Assembly: GCF_000737315.1 (NCBI RefSeq)
Contig: NZ_JMCB01000002.1
Coordinates: 62,001-126,000 of the forward strand
Direction: 5' to 3'
DNA from: Hyalangium minutum
Lineage (GTDB): Bacteria; Myxococcota; Myxococcia; Myxococcales; Myxococcaceae
Length of the DNA: 64,000 bases
Shown piece by piece: positions 53,074 to 62,976 of this stretch. Position 1 is the stretch's first letter, and the number at the start of each line of letters is the position of its first letter. The position numbers were made by a program, and so were the translations under genes. The notes under the pieces are model-generated. The model did not search any database, was not told the DNA's origin, and worked only from the letters and a program-made list of their open reading frames with translations.

Positions 53074-53958
53074 TCACTTCTCCGGGAGTGCCTGAGCCTC
53101 CTCGATGCTCGCTGCGCAGCGGAATCCGAAGTGGTGGAAGATGGGCCGGTTGGAAGGCACATGCGGCCTCCGGTACACCGTCGTCGCGTACGAGGCTGGC
53201 CAGAACCAGGAGCCTCCTCGCACCACCTTCTGTGTATATCCCGCGCAGGGCTCCTGGCCCGCGCAGGGCCCCTTCGGATTGATGCCCTGACAGGCGGCGC
53301 CACAGGCTCTCCACGAGGGCGTGAACCAGTCCGCGACCCACTCCCACGCATTCCCCGCCATGTCATACAGCCCATAGGGATTGGGAGGGCGTGAGCCCAC
53401 GGGCTCGGGACGGCCCACCTCGGCATGGGTCTTCGAGCGCTGCCGCTGGCCGCAGCTGCGTCCACGGCTGTCCATGATGACGGCTCGCTCGCACGTGGCG
53501 GGCTCGTCACCCCAAGGGTAGAGCCGTCCGTCCGTACCCCGCGCCGCCTTCTCCCACTCGGCCTCCGTGGGCAGGTGCTTGCCGTGCGCTTCGCAGAAGG
53601 CCTTCGCGTCGTACCAGCTCACCCCATTGATGGGTTGCTGCGGGTGGTCGAAGTCGCGGTAGTTCGGGCCCGCCTTCCGGCAGCGCCCCTGTGCCTCGCA
53701 AGCCTTGTAGGCGCTGTAGGTCACCTCGTGGGTATCCATATAGAAGGTCTGCACCCAGACCTCCTGCTGTGGCCGGGCGGGCGCGTGCGGCCCTCCGTTC
53801 ATGCCTCGGAGAAATGGGCCTCCCGGGATGCAGGCCATGCCCGGCTTGGGTGCTTCGAGGCAGGGCACCACCGCTGGAGCCTCCGAAGATGGAGCAGCCG
53901 CCCCCGCGCTCGTGCTGACGAGCCCCACGAGCAGCGCGAGCCACCGCACGGTGCTCAT
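53074..53958 (-). CDS. Secreted FGE-sulfatase (SUMF1/PvdO-like) domain protein
   Basis: Signal peptide, LPTEAEWEKAARG, NPYGLYDMAGNAWEW, RGGSW and GFRCA motifs. Confidence 0.9.
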   Translation of the reverse strand: MSTVRWLALLVGLVSTSAGAAAPSSEAPAVVPCLEAPKPGMACIPGGPFLRGMNGGPHAPARPQQEVWVQTFYMDTHEVTYSAYKACEAQGRCRKAGPNYRDFDHPQQPINGVSWYDAKAFCEAHGKHLPTEAEWEKAARGTDGRLYPWGDEPATCERAVIMDSRGRSCGQRQRSKTHAEVGRPEPVGSRPPNPYGLYDMAGNAWEWVADWFTPSWRACGAACQGINPKGPCAGQEPCAGYTQKVVRGGSWFWPASYATTVYRRPHVPSNRPIFHHFGFRCAASIEEAQALPEK

Positions 53959-55001
53959 GGGAGGTTCTCCGCCCGGGCTGGCAGCGTCCGAGCTGGAGCG
54001 CGCTTCACCCGCCGCTTCGCCAGGAGCTTCTGCTTCGCGGCCTCGCGCGCCTCGGCGGGCGGAGTGTCGAGCCGTGACAGCCCACGCACCTGTCCCTCGG
54101 CGGCTGCGAACCGCAGCATCGTCACCGACTTGCGAGTCTTCTTGTCGTCCAGCCAGGCCACGAAGTTCGGACCGGACTGCGTGTTGTAGTGGTAGTGGGT
54201 GCCCTTCACGTGAGGAATGCCCCGCTCACCGCTGGTGCGGAGCACCACGCTGTTCTCCGTCAGCGCAAGTCCTCGGATGTTGTTCCGGTACTGCGCGTCG
54301 TAGGCAAAGTATTGCTCGGCGTTGGACAGGTAGAGCACGCCCACCGTCTTCCCTGACGCGGAGAGTGCCTCCCCGAGCGCCTTCATGGTGCGCCGGGCCG
54401 TGAGGTCTCCTCTCACCATGAAGACCTTGTCCTCTTGGAAGAGGCGGCGCAGGTGCGCGTAATCGGCGGCGTTCGTGAGGAAGCAGGTCTGGTTCGCTTT
54501 CGCCATCTGCGCCATGAGGCGCCCGAACCGCCGCTCCACCGCCCCGCGGGCCGTGTTGAGGGCCAGCAGCGCACCGGCTCGCTGCCGCTTGTCGGAGTAG
54601 CCCTCCTGGATGAGCCGGCGCACCTCCGAGCGGCTCTGCTTCTGCCAGAGCTCGAGGAACGCCCCGGGAGTCTCCGCCGCGAGGAAGATGACGCGGTAGA
54701 CCCGGTGGAGATCGACCACGGACTGATCAAAATCCAGCAGGACGAGCCCCTCCGCTCGTGCCCAGGCTCCCAGCAGGTAGTTCTGGTCGGTGCCCACGCC
54801 CACGTAGACGCCGCCCTTGTCCTTCACCGCGTTGTGGAAGAGCTCGAGGGTGTCTTCGTTCGAGATCCAGTAGTGGAGTCCTCGCACCAGCCCCGGTGGA
54901 GCGGGATCGGCGGGCAGGTTCGTGAACGTGGGGTGCGAGGCCTCACTGGCGGAGACCGAAGCGGAGAGGAGCAGAGCCAACACGGCAGCAAGGCGCATCA
55001 C
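53955..55001 (-). CDS. Secreted hypothetical protein
   Basis: Signal peptide; SNE...GGVYVGVGTDQNY and LYLSNAEQY conserved-looking motifs. 4-nt overlap with the FGE-like gene. Confidence 0.75.
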   Translation of the reverse strand: MMRLAAVLALLLSASVSASEASHPTFTNLPADPAPPGLVRGLHYWISNEDTLELFHNAVKDKGGVYVGVGTDQNYLLGAWARAEGLVLLDFDQSVVDLHRVYRVIFLAAETPGAFLELWQKQSRSEVRRLIQEGYSDKRQRAGALLALNTARGAVERRFGRLMAQMAKANQTCFLTNAADYAHLRRLFQEDKVFMVRGDLTARRTMKALGEALSASGKTVGVLYLSNAEQYFAYDAQYRNNIRGLALTENSVVLRTSGERGIPHVKGTHYHYNTQSGPNFVAWLDDKKTRKSVTMLRFAAAEGQVRGLSRLDTPPAEAREAAKQKLLAKRRVKRAPARTLPARAENLP

Positions 55002-55082
55002 GCCGATGATACCGCCTCCGCTGGCAGCACCTACTCGGGGCCGGAGCCCCGATGGCCACCGTCTCCCGAGCGCGCCGCCCGC

Positions 55083-55643
55083 TCAGGCCTTCAGCTTCTC
55101 ACGCAGCGCCTTCGCCCGGCCCTGCATGTCCGGATCCAGGCTCGTGATCTGAATGCTCTTGAGGCGCTCGTCCAGGCTCTTGGGCACCTTCGTCTTCAGC
55201 TTGCCCTCGCCCTCCATCGCCTCCAGCTTCGCCAGCGCCTTGTCGGCAATCCGCTCGCGCGGGTGGTCCAGCAGGCTGTCCAGGAAGTACGCGTCCTCGG
55301 GCAGCTCCGGGTACTTCTCCAGGTACTCCACCACCCCCTGCACCCAGGCCTGCCGCGTCTCCGCCTGCTGCAGCTTCTGCATGGCGGCCTTCTGCGTCTT
55401 GCGCTTGCCCTCGGGGTCGAACTTCTCCGCCAACCCCTCGGGGAGTTCGCCGCCCGTGAAGAGCGCGTCCGCCGCCGCCTTGTACTTCTGGTAGGAGGCG
55501 CTGCGCTCGATGCGCTGCTGCGCCGGGTCATCCTGGCGGGAGTGGCTCTTGCTCTTGCCGCGCATCGCGTCGATCTCTCGCCACGACTTGTTGCGCTTGC
55601 CGGAGAACCCACCGCCTTCGTTGTCGTCCTTGTCTCGTGCCAT
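55083..55643 (-). CDS. Hypothetical charged helical protein
   Basis: 186-aa ORF with strong codon bias. Confidence 0.8.
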   Translation of the reverse strand: MARDKDDNEGGGFSGKRNKSWREIDAMRGKSKSHSRQDDPAQQRIERSASYQKYKAAADALFTGGELPEGLAEKFDPEGKRKTQKAAMQKLQQAETRQAWVQGVVEYLEKYPELPEDAYFLDSLLDHPRERIADKALAKLEAMEGEGKLKTKVPKSLDERLKSIQITSLDPDMQGRAKALREKLKA

Positions 55644-55646
55644 CCG

Positions 55647-56411
55647 TCAACTTCCCTTCCGGGCGTGCCATAAGGCCGCCAGCCCGCGCCGCACATACGT
55701 GCGCACCCGCGCGAGCTCCTCGGCAGAGAGGGGGTGCTCCTCATCCTGCTCCGCCTCGAACAGCGCTTCTTCCGCATATGCGGCGAGGGCCTCGGGCACC
55801 GGCGGAGCCTCCGTGTCCTCCCTCTCCAGCGCCGCCGGATCCACACTGGCAAGTCCCGGCGGCCAGCCCAGCTCCATCATGGCGTGCAGTTCGAAGAGCA
55901 GGTGGCGGGCTACCGCATATCCTTCGTCCGCGAGCCCCGCCACGTCAAGAGCACCCAGCAGCGCATCCTGCCGGTTGTCGAAGGCGTGCTGCCTCCGCGT
56001 GCGCTCCTTCGGGTCGTCTTCCAGGTAACGCCAGGCGGCCTCCACGAATTCGCTCCCTGGCTCTCCCGGGGCAAAAGGGGGCGGCCGCACGGGCTTCACC
56101 TTCTTGGGCCGAGGCGGCTGAGGCCCCTGCTCCAGCGGGATGGGCTGGCCCTCCTCCACCAGGTCCCAGAGCCCCAGCAGGTTCTGGAAGAGCCGCTGCG
56201 CCACCTCGGGCGAGGGGAAGTGGGGCTCTCCCTCGAAGAGGGTGGGGATGACGGCGTCATGCCGCTGCCCCTCGGCCTTGGCCGAGCGCATCCGTGTGAG
56301 CACCTCATAGGTGTCACACGTGCTGCCGGCCAGCTCCAGCAGCCCATCCAGCGTCTGTGCGTCCTCGAAGTGGTGGACGAAGTCGGTGCCTCTTCCCCGT
56401 GAGCGGCTCAT
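55647..56411 (-). CDS. Hypothetical protein
   Basis: 254-aa ORF; 3-nt gap to the downstream gene. Confidence 0.75.
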   Translation of the reverse strand: MSRSRGRGTDFVHHFEDAQTLDGLLELAGSTCDTYEVLTRMRSAKAEGQRHDAVIPTLFEGEPHFPSPEVAQRLFQNLLGLWDLVEEGQPIPLEQGPQPPRPKKVKPVRPPPFAPGEPGSEFVEAAWRYLEDDPKERTRRQHAFDNRQDALLGALDVAGLADEGYAVARHLLFELHAMMELGWPPGLASVDPAALEREDTEAPPVPEALAAYAEEALFEAEQDEEHPLSAEELARVRTYVRRGLAALWHARKGS

Positions 56412-56555
56412 GCGGCACGAACGCTAGCCCTGGGAGCGGGCGGACGCACGGGGCGCGTGAAGCGCTCCCCACCCGTTCAAGGCCAACCTCCCGGAGTGAA
56501 CATTAAGGATGCCAGCCGCCAATGTCGCTGGCGCCCTGCTAGGCTCCCGCCCGGG

Positions 56556-57176
56556 ATGACCCACCCGTCACCAGAGAAGCTGAAGGCCGCAGTGCAGGCG
56601 CTTTACCAGGTCCGGGCCGTGGAAGGGCCTCCCGGCGACCATGGCCATCGCTCTGTCTGGCACATGTCCCCCCAGGGAGCGGAGTTGCTCTCGCTCGTCG
56701 ATAGGGAGGGCCGTGTGCAGCGCCAGGAGCTGACGCTGCTCGAGGACCACTACGCGTGGAGCCAGGGCGAAGGTCTGCGCACGGGCCGGGTCGAGCTGGA
56801 GAGGGTCGGTGGCTCGAAGGTGAACCCCGCCGCGGCCATCGTGCACACGGACCCGGAGCTGGTTCCCGTCCGGCTGATACGCGCGGCGGCGGCGCTGGAG
56901 ACCTACGAGGGAGAGGACCGCTACCTCCTCCACATCAAGCGCGTGCTGGCACTCGCGCGCGAGGGGCTCGAGCTGCAGGAGTCCCCCCTCGTCACCGAAT
57001 TGGTTTCGGCGTCAACCGCGCCTTTGAGCCCCGCTGCCCTTCCTCAGAAGAGCGAGCCGGACGCAGGTGCGGCGCCCCACGCCCCCGCAGGGGGCAGGTT
57101 CGAGGGCATGGCGATGGTGCTCGTGTTCGCCGTGGGCCTCATGGTGGCCATCGCGCTGCTCGGCTGGCTTCTCTGA
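56556..57176 (+). CDS. Hypothetical protein with a C-terminal TM anchor
   Basis: High GC3; ends in MAMVLVFAVGLMVAIALLGWLL. Start ATG 56556 chosen. Confidence 0.7.
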   Translation: MTHPSPEKLKAAVQALYQVRAVEGPPGDHGHRSVWHMSPQGAELLSLVDREGRVQRQELTLLEDHYAWSQGEGLRTGRVELERVGGSKVNPAAAIVHTDPELVPVRLIRAAAALETYEGEDRYLLHIKRVLALAREGLELQESPLVTELVSASTAPLSPAALPQKSEPDAGAAPHAPAGGRFEGMAMVLVFAVGLMVAIALLGWLL

Positions 57177-58894
57177 GTGGCCGTGACGGGCTCGGGCGGA
57201 CGGGCAGGGGCCTGCTCCGGGAGCCGCGCCTCATTCGCCGTGCGCTGGAAGCGCTTGGGCGCCAGCGGGCCGGGGGAGCGAGGGAGCCACAGGGTGCTCG
57301 TGCCGCCATTCATGGGCTGGGCCGTGCGCGAGGCCGGATCGAGCACCACCACGGGTGACGCTCCGGCAAGCCCGAGCACCTCGGCCGCGGCGCCGAGCTC
57401 CTTCAAGGAGATGTCCTCCGGCAGCTCCAGCCCGACGAACGTTCCTGCGAGCACATGCGGCACCTCCGCCAGGGATGCGCTCAGAGAGAGGGAAAGCGTC
57501 TCGCCGCCCTGCACGGGAGAGAGCAGGAGTTGCTCCCCCTCTCCGAACCGGGCCTGCCAGGAGAGGGTGACGGGCTTGGACAGGGCTGCGGGCAGCAGCA
57601 ACTGAAGCGTGCCCTCCTGCGCCGCGAGCAGGGAGAGCAGGGGCACTTGAGTCTTGAGCTTCGCCAGCGTCGCGAGGTTGGCCGATTGCGGATGCTGGCC
57701 CACCAGCTCCACGGAGCGCGCACCGGCAAGGGCGCTCGCTTCGACGAGGCGGCGCAGGCTGGCGCCGGGAGTGCGGGCATCCGCCAGCACGGGCAACACG
57801 GGCTCGGGCACGACGCCGCTGGGACGCGTGGATTGCGGAAGCGTGGAGTGCAGCGAGCCCATGAGCGACTCCGCCAGCGCCTTGCCCGGGCTGCTCCAGC
57901 CGAGGCGGGCGCTGCCCACGGGCGTCAGGCCCTCCGCGGTGACGAGGGCCGCGAATGGGTGCGGCATGGCGGCCTCGGAGGTGCGGAGTGGCTCGAAGCC
58001 TCGGGGCAGGGAAGGAGCGCCGACGCCCGCCGCGCGCGCACCTTGCTCGGCGAGGCGCAGGGGGTGGGCATCCAGGAAGAGCAGCGCGGTGACCGCAGCC
58101 GCCAGGAAGACACTGCCCATCCACCCTCGGGCCATGCGCGAGTAGCGGCGCGTCTGCCACACGAGGAGCACCACGGCCAGGATGATCAGCAGCGCCAGGC
58201 AGGCCTGACGTAAGGGCCGCAGGCGCATCACATCGTCCGCAGCCTGGCTCAGCAGGCGGGTGCGATCAGCGATCGGCGTCTGGGGCAGCCCCGTGAGGAG
58301 CTCGAAGAGCCGGTGGGCCTCCAGTGCTCCCAGCAAGGCGATGGTGGCCAGCGTGAGGGCCACGACGACTCCGAGCACGAGGCTCGGGGTGGAGCCCTGC
58401 GGGCTGGAGCGGAACGGCAGCTCGGCGGAGGCTCCGGCCATTGCCAACCCCAGCCCCAACCCGAGCAGCAGCGCCGCGCTCATCCAGGCCCCCAGCATGC
58501 GCGCGGCCATGGCCTCTCCCACGCCCAGCGCCAGCGCATTGCGCGCATCCGGAATCTCCAGCCCGGCCAGCGCCGCCACCACCCGGCCGACGATGACTTC
58601 GGTGCCCAGCAGCCCCACGGTCCAGGGCAGCGTGGCCATGCCCAGCATGACGGCCAGCGGAACCACCCGCCCGATGCCGATATGGCAGACCATCAAGGTC
58701 AGGAACACCAGCTCCACCAGCCCCGACAGGAGGACCAGGGAGGAAAAGGACCCCGCGGCACCCGTGATTCGAGACAGCTCATCGGATCCTCCTGCCCAGC
58801 TCACCAGCAGCCAGGAGACAAAGAGAACAGACATGGGCGCGGTCGCAGCCGCGACTACACCCGGAGCCACATGGGGTCTGGCTGTAACAAGCAT
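57044..58894 (-). CDS. Membrane protein with MotA/TolQ/ExbB-like N-terminal helices and an ExbD-like periplasmic domain
   Basis: LPWTVGLLGT...GVGEAMAARMLG (ExbB TM2-TM3-like) and VLPVLADARTP...LVEASALAGARSVELV (ExbD C-terminal-like). Start ATG 58894. Confidence 0.6.
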   Translation of the reverse strand: MLVTARPHVAPGVVAAATAPMSVLFVSWLLVSWAGGSDELSRITGAAGSFSSLVLLSGLVELVFLTLMVCHIGIGRVVPLAVMLGMATLPWTVGLLGTEVIVGRVVAALAGLEIPDARNALALGVGEAMAARMLGAWMSAALLLGLGLGLAMAGASAELPFRSSPQGSTPSLVLGVVVALTLATIALLGALEAHRLFELLTGLPQTPIADRTRLLSQAADDVMRLRPLRQACLALLIILAVVLLVWQTRRYSRMARGWMGSVFLAAAVTALLFLDAHPLRLAEQGARAAGVGAPSLPRGFEPLRTSEAAMPHPFAALVTAEGLTPVGSARLGWSSPGKALAESLMGSLHSTLPQSTRPSGVVPEPVLPVLADARTPGASLRRLVEASALAGARSVELVGQHPQSANLATLAKLKTQVPLLSLLAAQEGTLQLLLPAALSKPVTLSWQARFGEGEQLLLSPVQGGETLSLSLSASLAEVPHVLAGTFVGLELPEDISLKELGAAAEVLGLAGASPVVVLDPASRTAQPMNGGTSTLWLPRSPGPLAPKRFQRTANEARLPEQAPARPPEPVTATQRSQPSSAMATMRPTANTSTIAMPSNLPPAGAWGAAPASGSLF

Positions 58895-58932
58895 TCCCCG
58901 CGAAACTAGGTACGCAGGGTATTCGTGGGAAC

Positions 58933-59313
58933 TCAGGCTGGCGGGCGACCCACCAGCCAATACACAACGGTGAACAGGAGCCCGACAATCGGGGCCACGA
59001 GCGCCCCGAGGATGATGAGTCCTGTGCAGTTGCCCGGCTCGCAGCCAATCTGGGTGCGCGCGCAGAATGCAAAGATGAACACTGGCACGTGGTAGCCGAG
59101 GATGAACAATCCGAGCCCACGCACCACGAGCCCTCGGTACCAGGTGCGGGTGAGCAGCCGGAAGACAATCGGGAGCAGGAAGAGGGTGGCCGTGGCGGCC
59201 CCGGCGATGGCCAGCTGACGCGCTGCGGCGGCCCAGCACCCCACCGCCGCCAATCCCAGGGCGGGCACCAGCAGCAGCGTGTTGAGGTTGAGCGGGGCCG
59301 GCTCGCGCGACAT
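58933..59313 (-). CDS. Small membrane protein (about 126 aa)
   Basis: Four hydrophobic segments and a C-x5-C-x4-C loop. Confidence 0.6.
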   Translation of the reverse strand: MSREPAPLNLNTLLLVPALGLAAVGCWAAAARQLAIAGAATATLFLLPIVFRLLTRTWYRGLVVRGLGLFILGYHVPVFIFAFCARTQIGCEPGNCTGLIILGALVAPIVGLLFTVVYWLVGRPPA

Positions 59314-59347
59314 CACCGGGGGACGCTCGCAAAGCGGGGAGAGGGGA

Positions 59348-61150
59348 TCAAGCGGCGACTGCCCCTTCTCCCAGGAGCTGTGCATAGCGGCCCTGGCGCG
59401 CCACCAGCTCCGCGTGTGTGCCGGACTCCACCACCCGGCCCGCGTCCAGCACGACGATGAGGTCCGCGTCCCGCACCGTGGAGAGCCGGTGCGCGATGAC
59501 GAGCACCGTGCGGCCCTTCATCAGCTCCGCCAGTCCCGCCCCTACCGCGGCCTCGCTGGCCGCGTCCAGGGCGCTCGTGGGCTCGTCCAGCAGCAGCAGC
59601 GACGGCCGGCGCAGGAACGCCCGGGCCAGGGCCAGCCGCTGCCGCTGTCCGCCCGAGAGCCGGGAGCCGCGCTCACCCACGGGCTCGTCCAGTCCTCCCG
59701 GCAGCGCCCGCACGAAGTCCTCCGCATGGGCCAGGGCCAGCGCCTCCCAGATGTCCGCGTCGGTGGCCTCGGGCCGCCCCAGCAACAGGTTGTGGCGCAC
59801 CGTGCCGGAGAAGAGGACGGGCTCCTGTGGCACCCAGGCCATCTGCGCCCGGACGCTCGAGGGCTTCAGCTCCGTCATGGGCACGCCATCCCAGCGCACC
59901 GTCCCGCCGCTTGTGGGCAGGAAGCCAAGCAGTACTGAAAACAGCGTCGTCTTTCCCGCGCCCGAGGCTCCCACCAGCGCCACCCGCGCGCCCGCGGGCA
60001 CCGTGAGGCTCACCCCGCGCATGCCCTCGCGGCCGTCCAGGTACGTGGCGCGCACGTCCTCCAACACCAGCGCCTGCTTCAGCGGCTCCGCCGTGCGGCC
60101 CTCGTCCGGAGGCGAGGGCTCGTCCGCGATGGCGAAGAGGCGCTCGGCCGCCACCAGGCCCGTGAGCACCTGCGAGAGCGTGCCGCTCAGGGACTTCACC
60201 GGCTGGTAGAGCAGCAGCGCCGCCGCGATGAACGAGAGCAGCCGCCCCGCCAGCGCGGGCTCCGCCGCCACCGCCCGAGCGCCCCACATCACCACCAGTG
60301 CCACGCCGAAGATGCCCAGCATCTCCACCGTGGGGCTGAAGGCCCCGCGCAGGAACAGCGAGCGGCGCATCTCTCCCAGGTAGCGCTCGGCCTCCGCATC
60401 GAACGTCACCAGCGCCCGAGGCACTCCACCGTACGCCTGCACCACCGGCAGGTTCTGCAACTGCTCGGAGGTGAGCGAGGTGAGCGCCCCGAGGCTCGTC
60501 TGCGAGCGCGTGGCCACCTTCTTCAACGAGCGCGCGAACCGCGTCACCGGCACCACGGTGGCGGGCATCACCACGAAGGTCAGCAAGGACAGCTTCGCGT
60601 CGATCATCGCGCAGGTGACGAGCAGCGCGAAAATCTGCATCCCATCCTTCACATAGGAGGACAGCGCCTGCGTCACCGCGAACTCCACCAGGGGGATGTC
60701 TGCGGTGAAGCGCGAGAGCAGCTCGCCCGAGTGCCGCCGCTCGAAGAAGGCGGGAGGCTGGTTCAGCAGCCGCGAGTAGAAGAAGCCGCGCAGGTCCGCC
60801 ATCACCCGCTGCCCCAGCCGCTGCATCCACCCGCCCTGGAGGAACTGGGCCGTGGCCTTCACCGCTGCCACCGCCACCACCAGCCAGGGCAGCCGGCGCA
60901 GCATCTCGTTCGGAGGCAGTTGCAGGCCGGCCAGCGCAATGGACTCGCCGGTGAGCACCGCGCGCAGCAGCGGGCCCACCAACCACGCGTACGCCGAGGT
61001 GGCGGCCGCGGCCAGCAGCGACGCCCCCAGGCCCGCCACGAGCAGGCGCCGGTACGGCCGCAAATAGCTCAACAGTCGACGGTAGATGAACGGCGAGGGA
61101 CGGGGCGCCAAAGCGGCGCGGACTCTCTCACCCCAAGTGCCCAGGTCCAA
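59348..61150 (-). CDS. ABC exporter, fused permease/ATPase (MsbA-like)
   Basis: TMD with GELLSRFTAD, Walker A GASGAGKT, LSGGQRQR and LLLDEPTSALD. Start uncertain. Confidence 0.88.
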   Translation of the reverse strand: MDLGTWGERVRAALAPRPSPFIYRRLLSYLRPYRRLLVAGLGASLLAAAATSAYAWLVGPLLRAVLTGESIALAGLQLPPNEMLRRLPWLVVAVAAVKATAQFLQGGWMQRLGQRVMADLRGFFYSRLLNQPPAFFERRHSGELLSRFTADIPLVEFAVTQALSSYVKDGMQIFALLVTCAMIDAKLSLLTFVVMPATVVPVTRFARSLKKVATRSQTSLGALTSLTSEQLQNLPVVQAYGGVPRALVTFDAEAERYLGEMRRSLFLRGAFSPTVEMLGIFGVALVVMWGARAVAAEPALAGRLLSFIAAALLLYQPVKSLSGTLSQVLTGLVAAERLFAIADEPSPPDEGRTAEPLKQALVLEDVRATYLDGREGMRGVSLTVPAGARVALVGASGAGKTTLFSVLLGFLPTSGGTVRWDGVPMTELKPSSVRAQMAWVPQEPVLFSGTVRHNLLLGRPEATDADIWEALALAHAEDFVRALPGGLDEPVGERGSRLSGGQRQRLALARAFLRRPSLLLLDEPTSALDAASEAAVGAGLAELMKGRTVLVIAHRLSTVRDADLIVVLDAGRVVESGTHAELVARQGRYAQLLGEGAVAA

Positions 61151-61262
61151 GGCGCTTCACAGCAGCGGGCTCGCTTCCCTGGCTACTGCTCAGCCCACCT
61201 GCCACCGCACGCTGGCCCGTTCGTTGCTGTGGGCGGGTGTGGCCAACAGCTTTCGGAAAGCC

Positions 61263-61709
61263 ATGGACATCAACGATACGAACCAAAAAGAGGCGCTGTT
61301 CAGTCCCGGCTGTGAGCCGGTTGTCGAGGACGAGGAGCGGCGGCGGCTCCTCTGGCTCATGGCCGAGTACTTCAGGACGATCGGCTATACGGACATCAAA
61401 GCGCGGCTCCCGGGCTTCATGCCGCCTCCCATTCTTTCGGGAACCATCGAGGACCACCGTCCCGATTTTACATGCCGGCAGACTGACTCGGCCCGCACGC
61501 CCATCATCCTCGAGGTCGTCACGCCAGAGATGGTGGAGGATCCAACCGCCGAGAACCGGTGGAGCCTGCTGGCCAGCGCCGCCAAGCTCTACAACGCCGA
61601 GCTCCACTTCGTGGTCCCCAAGTGGTCGCCTATAGGGCCCGTGGACGCCGCACTCAAGCGCCGGCTGGCTCGCATGGAGCTCCTCGTCAATCGCGTCTGG
61701 CTGGTCTGA
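61263..61709 (+). CDS. Small hypothetical protein with a PD-(D/E)xK-like fold, lacking the Lys
   Basis: HRPDF...IILEVVT pattern. ATG 61263 follows GGAAAG. Confidence 0.6.
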   Translation: MDINDTNQKEALFSPGCEPVVEDEERRRLLWLMAEYFRTIGYTDIKARLPGFMPPPILSGTIEDHRPDFTCRQTDSARTPIILEVVTPEMVEDPTAENRWSLLASAAKLYNAELHFVVPKWSPIGPVDAALKRRLARMELLVNRVWLV

Positions 61710-61730
61710 CGGCCTGGAACGTCGCGCATC

Positions 61731-61810
61731 CCCCTGGATTGCTGGCTCGAAACCCTGCGTTATAGTGGATCAGTTTCTACGCAGGCTTAAAAGGCCAGTA
61801 AATCCAGGGG
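61731..61810 (+). promoter_or_regulatory. 80-nt imperfect hairpin containing a sigma70-like promoter and covering the dnaJ RBS
   Basis: About 24 paired positions. TTGCTG(61739)-N16-TATAGT(61761) lies inside it; the AGGGG at 61806-61810 is in the stem. Confidence 0.5.
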
Positions 61811-61819
61811 TTTGACGCG

Positions 61820-62953
61820 ATGGCAGCGGCGGCGGGACAGAAGCGCGACTACTACGAGATTCTCGGCGTCCAGAAGAACGTCAATCCGCAGGAGCTGAAG
61901 AGCGCCTTCCGGAAGGTGGCCCTCCAGTACCACCCGGACCGCAACCCGGGGGACCAGGCGGCCGAGGAGAAGTTCAAGGAGGCGTCTGAAGCCTACGAAG
62001 TGCTGAGCGATCCGGAGCGCCGGGCCCGGTATGACCGGTTTGGCCACGCCGGAGCGGGCGGTGCCGGCTTCGAGGGCTTTGGCGGCTTCCAGGGCGTCAA
62101 CATCAACGACATCTTCGGGGACATCTTCGGCGAGATCTTCGGCGGCGGTGGTGGCCGAGGGCGGGGCCGGGGCGGTGTCGGCCGGGGTGCGGACCTCCGT
62201 TACAACCTGGAGATCTCCTTCGAGGAGGCGGCGTTCGGCTGCCGTCCCAAGGTTCCGATTCCGCGTCCCAAGAAGTGCGAGGTGTGCAGCGGCTCGGGGA
62301 GCAAGAGCGGCGCGCCGCCCAAGCAGTGCGCCACGTGCGGCGGCGTGGGCGAGGTGCGCTTCACGCAGGGCTTCTTCGCCGTGTCTCGCGCGTGCCACGA
62401 CTGCAACGGCACGGGCGCGGTGATTCCGGATCCGTGCTCGAAGTGCAAGGGCTCGGGCAAGGTGCCCTCGGAAGAGGTGCTCGAGGTGAACATCCCCGGT
62501 GGCGTGGACAACGGCACCCGGGTGCGCCTGACGGGCATGGGCGAGCCGGGCGAGCGCGGCGGTCCTCCGGGAGACCTCTACGTCACGGTGATCGTCCGCG
62601 AGCACCCGCTGTTCCAGCGCGAGGACAACGAGGTGTTCTGCGAGGTGCCCATCTCCTTCACGCAGGCGGCGCTGGGCGCGAAGATCGACGTGCCCACGCT
62701 GGACGGGAAGGTGAAGATGACCATCCCCGCGGGCACCCAGTCCGGCAAGGTGTTCCGGCTCAAGGGCAAGGGCATTCCGCACCTGCACAGCCAGCAGCGC
62801 GGTGATCAGCACGTGCGCGTCATGATCGAGACGCCCACGGACTTGTCCGCCAAGCAGCGCGAGCTGCTGGAGAAGTTCGCGGAGCTGTCGGGCGAGGAGT
62901 CCCACCCGCAGTCCAAGAGCTTCTTCGCCAAGGTGAAGGAGCTGTTCGGCTAG
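61820..62953 (+). CDS. dnaJ: Chaperone DnaJ
   Basis: J domain with HPD, G/F-rich region and four CxxCxGxG repeats. Confidence 0.97.
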   Translation: MAAAAGQKRDYYEILGVQKNVNPQELKSAFRKVALQYHPDRNPGDQAAEEKFKEASEAYEVLSDPERRARYDRFGHAGAGGAGFEGFGGFQGVNINDIFGDIFGEIFGGGGGRGRGRGGVGRGADLRYNLEISFEEAAFGCRPKVPIPRPKKCEVCSGSGSKSGAPPKQCATCGGVGEVRFTQGFFAVSRACHDCNGTGAVIPDPCSKCKGSGKVPSEEVLEVNIPGGVDNGTRVRLTGMGEPGERGGPPGDLYVTVIVREHPLFQREDNEVFCEVPISFTQAALGAKIDVPTLDGKVKMTIPAGTQSGKVFRLKGKGIPHLHSQQRGDQHVRVMIETPTDLSAKQRELLEKFAELSGEESHPQSKSFFAKVKELFG

Positions 62954-62976
62954 GTCCGCTGCGCTAGGCTTCGGGC

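Noticed and set aside
57044-57176. 133-nt convergent overlap as a deliberate antisense system
   Set aside because: The overlapping tail is low-complexity and is most simply explained by stop-codon drift in GC-rich DNA.
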